The translations under genes and the position numbers were made by a program. Below are positions 58,066 to 64,000 of a stretch of 64,000 bases of DNA, piece after piece. This stretch comes from Dehalococcoidia bacterium (GTDB lineage Bacteria; Chloroflexota; Dehalococcoidia; GIF9; AB-539-J10). The notes below the pieces were generated by a model. It made no database searches. It was given only the letters and a program-made list of their open reading frames with translations, and was not told the DNA's origin. The DNA is taken from contig JAUWOR010000007.1 in the NCBI GenBank assembly GCA_030612025.1, positions 15,104 through 79,103 of the forward strand, written 5' to 3'. Position 1 is the first letter of the stretch. Every line of letters starts with the position of its first letter.

Positions 58066-59154
58066 ATGCAGCTGCGTATACCAGGACCGACACCTTGCCC
58101 ACCGCAAGCCCTTCAAGCTATGGGCAAACAGATGATAAGTCACCGAGGTAAGGAATTTGGCAACATCCTTAACTCAATAACAGAAAAACTAAAACAAGTA
58201 TTCCAAACCAAGGGAGATGTTCTTACCCTTACGTGTGCAGGTACCGGTGGCCTGGAAGCAGCTATTGTCAATACCTTGTCGCCAGGTGACAAGATTTTGG
58301 CAGTATCTTGTGGCGTCTTTGGTGACCGTTTCGCCGATATTGCCAAGCAATATGGGGCTAATGTGAAGTGCCTCAATTTTGAATGGGGAAAACCAGCCGA
58401 CCCCGAAGCAATAGACAAAGCATTAAAAGCAGCTAATGGCATTAAGGCTGTGCTAGTAACTCATAATGAGACATCCACAGGAGTAACTAACGACCTTGCT
58501 AAAATAAGCTCTGTAGTCAAGGAATTTGACAAGCTTCTTCTGGTGGATGCCGTCTCAAGCCTTGGCTGCATTGACTTACCTACAGATGACTGGCATTGCG
58601 ATGTAGTTATCACCTGCTCTCAAAAGGGATGGATGGCTCCTCCAGGGCTAGCCATGGTCAGTATGAGCAAAAAAGCCTGGCAAGCCTATGTCACCGCTAA
58701 AATGCCACGCTATTATTGGGATTTCGGCAAAGCTAAAGATTACTTACAAAAGGGGCAAACGCCATGGACTCCAGCCATTTCCATTTGTTATGCTCTAAAC
58801 GCCAACCTAGATTTAATGCTAAGCGAGGGATTGCCTAACATATTCGCCCGGCATGCTAGAGTAGCCCAGCTGACCAGAAAGGGGGTAAGGTCATTGGGAT
58901 TATCTCTTTTCTCACCAGACAGCCATGCCTCCAATACCGTGACAGCGGTGAGAGCCAGTGATAAGCTTGATGTGTCTAAATTAATTCAGGTTCTCAGAGA
59001 CGAATATGATGTAGTTATTGCCGGAGGGCAAAAAAAACTATCAGGCAAAATCTTTCGCATTGGTCATCTTGGCTTGGTTGAAGAGAACGACATTAAAACA
59101 GTATTAGAAGCATTAGCCAAGGCTTTGCCCTCTGCTTACCGTCATTCTAAGTGA
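58066..59154 (+). CDS. class V aminotransferase (phosphoserine/serine-pyruvate/alanine-glyoxylate aminotransferase family)
   Basis: An AGXT-like fold with a PLP-Lys region (CSQKGWMAPPGLAMV). It is adjacent to serA. Confidence 0.8.
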   Translation: MQLRIPGPTPCPPQALQAMGKQMISHRGKEFGNILNSITEKLKQVFQTKGDVLTLTCAGTGGLEAAIVNTLSPGDKILAVSCGVFGDRFADIAKQYGANVKCLNFEWGKPADPEAIDKALKAANGIKAVLVTHNETSTGVTNDLAKISSVVKEFDKLLLVDAVSSLGCIDLPTDDWHCDVVITCSQKGWMAPPGLAMVSMSKKAWQAYVTAKMPRYYWDFGKAKDYLQKGQTPWTPAISICYALNANLDLMLSEGLPNIFARHARVAQLTRKGVRSLGLSLFSPDSHASNTVTAVRASDKLDVSKLIQVLRDEYDVVIAGGQKKLSGKIFRIGHLGLVEENDIKTVLEALAKALPSAYRHSK

Positions 59155-59185
59155 AGCGAAGAATCTCGGGATTGAAGCTCAGAAG

Positions 59186-60172
59186 ATGCAAATTTTAGTT
59201 GCTGACCCAATCGCTGAAGAAGGACTAGAAATCCTTCGCCATTATGCTCAAGTTGACATCAAACCCAAATTGAAGCCTGAAGAGCTTAAAGCCATAATTG
59301 GCAATTACGATGCTCTAATTGTGCGCAGTCAAACTCAAGTTCCCGCCGAAATTATTGACGCTGGGGAGAAACTTAAGGTAATTGGCCGAGCGGGAGTGGG
59401 CCTAGATAATATTGACGTTGCTGCTGCTACTAAAAAAGGTATAGTGGTAGTTAACGCTCCTACTGCTAACACTGTTTCCGCCGCTGAACATACTATTGCT
59501 CTTATGCTCGCCCTGTCACGTAATATACCTAAAGCTAATAGTCAACTTAAATCAGGCAGATGGCAAAGAAAAGAACTAGTAGGCACTGAACTTAGAAATA
59601 AAACTTTGGGCATAATCGGTTTAGGTAACGTAGGCTCAGAGGTAGCTAAACGGGCTCAAGCATTTGAAATGTGTGTTATCGCACACGATCCCTTTGTCTC
59701 TACAAATTATGCCCGCAAACTCAAAGTGGACTTAGTTCCCCTCGACCAACTTCTGGAACAATCTGATTTTATCACCCTTCATGTGCCACTAACAGCAACT
59801 ACCAAGGGGTTAATAGGTGCTGAAGAGCTAGCGAAGGTAAAACCAACAGTTCGGATTATTAATTGCGCCCGAGGTGGGTTGGTTGACGAAGAGGCAGTAG
59901 TTAAAGCAATTGAAGATGGGAAAATAGCCGGTGCTGCTTTCGACGTTTTCAGCACCGAGCCAGTAACCGACAGCTCCCGGTTTAAGAGTGACAAAATAGT
60001 TGTTACTCCCCATCTTGGTGCCTCCACAATCGAAGCTCAGGCTAATGTCGCCAAAGACATCGCTGAGCAAGTTTTGACAGTGCTTCAAGGAGAGCGCCCT
60101 CGCTATGCTGTCAATACCCCATATTTTGGCTTCAGCTCTGGGAAGAAAAACACTCATGATTTTATCCCCTAA
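59186..60172 (+). CDS. serA: D-3-phosphoglycerate dehydrogenase, short form (D-isomer 2-hydroxyacid dehydrogenase family)
   Basis: An NAD Rossmann motif (GIIGLGNVGSEV) and the catalytic His/Glu/Arg region are present. It has no ACT domain (328 aa) and overlaps the purL stop by 4 nt. Confidence 0.75.
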   Translation: MQILVADPIAEEGLEILRHYAQVDIKPKLKPEELKAIIGNYDALIVRSQTQVPAEIIDAGEKLKVIGRAGVGLDNIDVAAATKKGIVVVNAPTANTVSAAEHTIALMLALSRNIPKANSQLKSGRWQRKELVGTELRNKTLGIIGLGNVGSEVAKRAQAFEMCVIAHDPFVSTNYARKLKVDLVPLDQLLEQSDFITLHVPLTATTKGLIGAEELAKVKPTVRIINCARGGLVDEEAVVKAIEDGKIAGAAFDVFSTEPVTDSSRFKSDKIVVTPHLGASTIEAQANVAKDIAEQVLTVLQGERPRYAVNTPYFGFSSGKKNTHDFIP

Positions 60173-62406
60173 GGAGCCACATTTAATAACTGCTTTAATC
60201 CATTCCGCCATGCCTTTCCTATCTTAGCCAAAGGCAAATCGATATAACCTTTCACTGATAGGCGCTTACCGCCGACCATCCCCAGCAAAGTTAACGGCAC
60301 ATGCCACTTGGTAGCTATCCTATCTAACTTTGCCACCGAACCAGGCGCTACCGATATCACAACACGCGATTGAAGCTCACCAAAGAAAACAGAATCCAGC
60401 CTTCCCATTACCTTCCAGCTTGTCCCCCTAAAGCCAATATCACCAGCAAGGCAACTTTCCGCAATAGCTACCGCCGCTCCACCCTCAGAGCAATCATGAG
60501 CTGACTTGACAACCCCATGCTCTACGGCTTCCAGACAACAACGCTGCACCCTCATTTCCAAATCTAAATCAATAGAAGGTTTCCCCTTCACCAAGCCATG
60601 CACCAGTTCCAGATATTCACTGCCCCCAAGACCATCTTCTACACCACCACCAAGCAGAAATACCAAATCACCCTCGTCTTTAAAAGACATAGTGCAATGT
60701 CTATTTATGTCGCTGAGCAACCCCACCATACCCACTATCGGGGTAGGATAGATAGCTTGACCTTTAGTCTCGTTGTAAAGACTAACATTACCGCTAATAA
60801 CTGGAATTCCTAGTTCTCGACATGCCCTCGCCATGCCCTTGATACAATTTTTCAGTTGATAATAGACATCACCCTTTTCTGGATCACCAAAATTAAGGCA
60901 ATCGGTGATAGCTAAAGGTTCAGCACCACTGCAAACTAAATTTCGAGCCGCCTCAGCTACAGCAATCACACCACCCAAGTAAGGGTCAAGATAGCAATAC
61001 CGTCCATTACCATCGGTAGTCAAGGAAATACCTTTCTTAGTGCCCTTGATGCGCAAAACAGCGGCATCGCTGCCGGGAGGAACCACAGTATTACCCATTG
61101 CTTGATGGTCATATTGGCGATAAACACACTCCTTGCTGGCAATATTAGGCGAAGCCAGTAAACGAAGCAGGGTGGAATTGCATTGCTTCGGCTTAAGATC
61201 AGGGACAGTGCTCATGTCCAAAGATTGAAATCCAGCAAGCCAACTTGGCTTTTTGCTTCGCAGCCGATACAAAGGTGGAGATACCAACAAATTCACCGGG
61301 ACTTTAGCGACGATCTCCTCTCCTTCTCTAATTACAACCAAATTGTTATCGGTAACCTGACCAATGATATTAGAGCGTAGTCCCCAGCGGTCGAACAAGA
61401 CTTTTACCTTACCTTCACAACCCTTTCTGCTTATTAGCAACATTCTCTCTTGTGATTCTGAGAGCATTACTTCATAAGAGGTCATGTTCTCCTCGCGACG
61501 AGGCACTTTAAGCACATCTAATTCCACTCCGCCTCCACCTCTAGCCGCAGACTCTGCCGTAGCAGCAGCCAACCCAGCAGCCCCCAAGTCCTGCATGCCT
61601 ACAATCCAATCAGTCTGCGCTAATTCAAGGCACGCTTCAATGAGCAGTTTCTCCAGAGAGGGATTGCCTACCGGAACCACTGACTTCGTCTCTGGCTCAC
61701 CCTCAAAAGCACGCGATGCTAGACCGGAAGCACCATGAATCCCGTCACGACCAGTGTCAGCTCCTACTAGCATCAACAAGTTACCTTCACCACTAGCCTT
61801 GGCTTTGACTAGTCTATCTTTCTCACAAATGCCCAAACATAAGCCATTAACTAACGGATTGCCAGTATACCCATCAGCAAAAAATACTTCACCGCCTACA
61901 CTAGGTATTCCTAGACAATTACCATAGTCGGCAAGGCCACCGACAACTCCATTAAATAAGTAGCGATTACTGGATTCGGTTAAAGGACCAAAACGAAGCG
62001 AGTTAAGCAAAGCTATAGGGCGAGCGCCCATAGTAAAGATATCGCGTACAACTCCACCTATCGCTGTAGCTGCACCTTGATATGGGTCAATTGCAGAGGG
62101 GTGATTGTGGGACTCTATTTTCATTACCACCACCTGCCCATCACCAATATCCACCGCCCCAGCATTTTCCTCACCTGGACCGATTAAGACATGCTTGCCC
62201 CGCGAAGGCAAAAGCTTAAGCAAAGGTTTAGAATGTTTATAACCACAATGCTCGCTCCATAAAGAGCCGAACATGCCCAACTCTACCTCATTTGGCTCTC
62301 GCCCCAATTGCTGCACAATAAGGTTATATTCCTTTTCGCTTAAAGCAACTTTATCCAGAGCTTCTTTAGAGATAGTCAATAATCGACTCCCAAATGAGAT
62401 TGCCAT
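60169..62406 (-). CDS. purL: phosphoribosylformylglycinamidine synthase subunit PurL
   Basis: A 745-aa product with duplicated AIRS-like domains and a conserved N-terminus (LGREPNEVELGMFGSLWSEHCGYKHSK). Confidence 0.9.
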   Translation of the reverse strand: MAISFGSRLLTISKEALDKVALSEKEYNLIVQQLGREPNEVELGMFGSLWSEHCGYKHSKPLLKLLPSRGKHVLIGPGEENAGAVDIGDGQVVVMKIESHNHPSAIDPYQGAATAIGGVVRDIFTMGARPIALLNSLRFGPLTESSNRYLFNGVVGGLADYGNCLGIPSVGGEVFFADGYTGNPLVNGLCLGICEKDRLVKAKASGEGNLLMLVGADTGRDGIHGASGLASRAFEGEPETKSVVPVGNPSLEKLLIEACLELAQTDWIVGMQDLGAAGLAAATAESAARGGGGVELDVLKVPRREENMTSYEVMLSESQERMLLISRKGCEGKVKVLFDRWGLRSNIIGQVTDNNLVVIREGEEIVAKVPVNLLVSPPLYRLRSKKPSWLAGFQSLDMSTVPDLKPKQCNSTLLRLLASPNIASKECVYRQYDHQAMGNTVVPPGSDAAVLRIKGTKKGISLTTDGNGRYCYLDPYLGGVIAVAEAARNLVCSGAEPLAITDCLNFGDPEKGDVYYQLKNCIKGMARACRELGIPVISGNVSLYNETKGQAIYPTPIVGMVGLLSDINRHCTMSFKDEGDLVFLLGGGVEDGLGGSEYLELVHGLVKGKPSIDLDLEMRVQRCCLEAVEHGVVKSAHDCSEGGAAVAIAESCLAGDIGFRGTSWKVMGRLDSVFFGELQSRVVISVAPGSVAKLDRIATKWHVPLTLLGMVGGKRLSVKGYIDLPLAKIGKAWRNGLKQLLNVAP

Positions 62407-62592
62407 CTATATTGCCAAGAAGCGGCTCGCAAGCTCGCTCAGGATAGGGCATCACGCCTAAAACATTGCCCTCTTTACTACAAATAAAAACAATGACGGC
62501 ATTATTTTACCGCCACGCACCATTTAATTGCTAGAGCCTTTACCCCGTGGAATAAATGTTCCACGGGGGGACCCCTAAATATTGCTATAAAT

Positions 62593-63042
62593 TCAGAGGT
62601 TAGCAAGCAACTCTGAAACTACATCGCTAACTTCTTTACCACCAGCTTTACCCTTAAGCTTTGGCATAAGCTGAGACATAACTTTACCCTTGTCACTTAT
62701 CCCTTTAGCTCCAATTGCGCCAATTGCTTGCTGTGCCACAGTTACAACCTCCTCACGACTCATCTGCTTGGGAAGATATCCCATAAGGATGGACAATTCT
62801 GCTTCTTCCTGAGCTACAAGATCGCTGCGATTCCCTCGCTTGAAAGCTTCAATGCTCTCCCGATGTCGCTTTACTTCCTTACCAATAACATCAAGAATTT
62901 CATTATCATCAAGGGGGGTCCGTTGAGCAATTTCAGCCTTCTTTATTTCGGATAAAAGCAACCTCACTATAGAAACCCGGACTCCATCATGTTGCTTTAG
63001 CGCTTCTTTGAGGTCTTCCCTTATCTTTTTCTCGCACTTCAC
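62593..63042 (-). CDS. yqeY: GatB/YqeY domain protein
   Basis: A 149-aa helical protein with YqeY-family conservation, in the classic position downstream of rpsU. Confidence 0.8.
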   Translation of the reverse strand: MKCEKKIREDLKEALKQHDGVRVSIVRLLLSEIKKAEIAQRTPLDDNEILDVIGKEVKRHRESIEAFKRGNRSDLVAQEEAELSILMGYLPKQMSREEVVTVAQQAIGAIGAKGISDKGKVMSQLMPKLKGKAGGKEVSDVVSELLANL

Positions 63043-63047
63043 CTTGG

Positions 63048-63223
63048 CTACTTAGAACTTTTTTGCCTCTTTATCGCTTCTTTTTTCTTGCGCTCTTCGC
63101 TGGGTTTCTCATAAAACCTGCGACGGCGAAACTCAGCTAAAATATTGTCGTGCTGCACTTGCCTGTTAAACCTGCGCAGCAAACTTTCAAAACTCTCACC
63201 TGAACCAAGTCTTACATCAGCCA
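63048..63223 (-). CDS. rpsU: 30S ribosomal protein S21 (apparent -1 frameshift near codon 15)
   Basis: Hand translation gives MADVRLGSGESFES in one frame, and LLRRFNRQVQHDNILAEFRRRRFYEKPSEERKKKEAIKRQKSSK* in the -1 frame. Joined, these align along the whole length with E. coli S21 ([22 protein letters not shown]...EFYEKPTTERKR). The shift lies at an AA/AAA run at 63187-63188. Confidence 0.5.
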
Positions 63224-63319
63224 TATTACAGCATATCTGTCTTCATACAAAACACTATATTTTATCCATCACAGCCTAACTATGTCAAGCATTCTTAGGC
63301 GAGATTGTTTTAGTAACCT

Positions 63320-63480
63320 CGTTTTTTGTCATTCTGAGCCCTATGGGCGAGGAATCTCTTAATAGACTCTTCGCGGAGCTTGTCCTGAGAAAGATTCTTC
63401 GGTCGCTGACCCTTTCGCTATACTCAGGGCTTCGGCTCTTCCCCAGAATGACAAGAGGCGAAGGACTCAGAATGACAATT
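63320..63480. repeat. REP-like palindromic repeat cluster (same family)
   Basis: GTCATTCTGAGCCCTATGGGCGAGGAATCTC...CCCCAGAATGACAAGAGGCGAAGGACTCAGAATGACA, lying between rpsU and cca. Confidence 0.65.
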
Positions 63481-63611
63481 TGCTGTTAATAAACACTCTC
63501 TTTAAGCGATATAACGATTTGCGAGGAGGGAGGCAGCAATGACAAGCAAGAGTGATGATATAATGATATCAGTTATAATGGATTTTGAATCAACCTGAAA
63601 TGAGCTAACTA

Positions 63612-64000
63612 ATGAACCTTGCTTCACAAATTGAACACTATCTACCTCAACAACTCCTAGAGTTGGCTAGAAATATTAGCTTGGAGGCTGAGCGACTGGG
63701 GCAAAAGATATATCTTGTTGGCGGTGTGGTACGAGACTTGCTTCTAGGTTATCCTAATTTCGACCTAGATTTGGTAATCGAAGGTGATGCCGTAAAGTTA
63801 GCACGGCGGATAGCTAAAATTAGTGACACAAAGTTGATTATACATCCTCGCTTTGGCACTGCTAAGCTTAGCTACAGCAATTTCACTTTAGACATGGCTA
63901 CTGCGCGAGGTGAAACTTATGCCAGGCCAGGCGCATTACCAACAGTTACCCCAGGTTCCCTCAACGGCGATCTCTTTCGCCGGGATTTCTCCATCAATGC
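63612..64000 (+). CDS. cca: CCA-adding enzyme / tRNA nucleotidyltransferase, 5' partial
   Basis: The polymerase-beta head domain motif GGVVRDLLLG is present and Asp residues follow. The gene runs off the window end. Confidence 0.7.
   Translation, partial: MNLASQIEHYLPQQLLELARNISLEAERLGQKIYLVGGVVRDLLLGYPNFDLDLVIEGDAVKLARRIAKISDTKLIIHPRFGTAKLSYSNFTLDMATARGETYARPGALPTVTPGSLNGDLFRRDFSIN

Noticed and set aside
62536-62566. Perfect 10-bp hairpin CCCCGTGGAA-TAAATG-TTCCACGGGG between yqeY and purL, considered as a terminator or purine riboswitch
   Set aside because: No U-tract follows on either strand. The purL leader does not match the purine aptamer consensus. It may simply be an attenuator-like structure or a protein-binding site, and the evidence is not enough to call.

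Overview
This window appears to be a chromosomal segment from an anaerobic Chloroflexota/Dehalococcoidia-like genome. The lineage guess is tentative and rests on gene content, a DUF5679 small zinc-ribbon gene, and the tyrS/ribF/DAHP-synthase/aroH/serA synteny. Coding density is high and ORFs mostly abut or overlap by a few bases. The core content is housekeeping. At the left end sit rpsF-ssb-rpsR and rpmH-rnpA-yidD. A large minus-strand operon spans about 8.2-17.5 kb and joins an alanine/glycine:cation symporter, the complete glycine-cleavage system (gcvH-PA-PB-T), lpdA, and the lipoylation genes lipB and lipA. Further along are alr, glyA, a cysK-like gene, an M20 peptidase, pntAA-pntA2-pntB, ftsH, metG, aroH plus DAHP synthase, ribF, tyrS, a class V aminotransferase with serA, purL, yqeY-rpsU and the start of a CCA-adding enzyme gene. 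Three things stand out against this background. (1) An accessory island of about 11.5 kb (roughly 36.0-47.7 kb) begins at an intact tRNA-Thr(CGT). Its far end is marked by an imperfect direct repeat of the tRNA 5' half plus upstream flank. The island carries three toxin-antitoxin pairs (HepT/MntA, MazEF-like, HigBA-like) and an IS1595-family transposase bracketed by about 275-bp direct repeats. It also holds an iteron-like array of TGGCRCRCAA sites, a visibly AT-rich HExxH-protein gene, and a three-gene minus-strand operon (small zinc-finger protein, HTH protein, GHKL/HATPase_c-type ATPase). I could not assign that operon to a named system, and I regard it as the best candidate for an undescribed defence or regulatory module. 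No integrase is visible. (2) Several short repeat families are present. One is a MITE-like element of about 130-190 bp with GGCTGTTTAA/TTAAACAGCC termini; all three full copies sit immediately 5' of the RBS of a co-oriented gene. Another is a GTCATTCTGAG...CTCAGAATGAC palindromic REP-like family at six or more loci. A third is a 33-nt perfect hairpin repeat. (3) There are signs of gene decay and rearrangement: a 5' fragment of alr duplicated 4 kb away, a livF 3' remnant, an NAD-epimerase remnant, and an apparent -1 frameshift in rpsU. Three small genes missed by the ORF track were recovered by hand: rpmH, rpsU and a DUF5679 zinc-ribbon protein.
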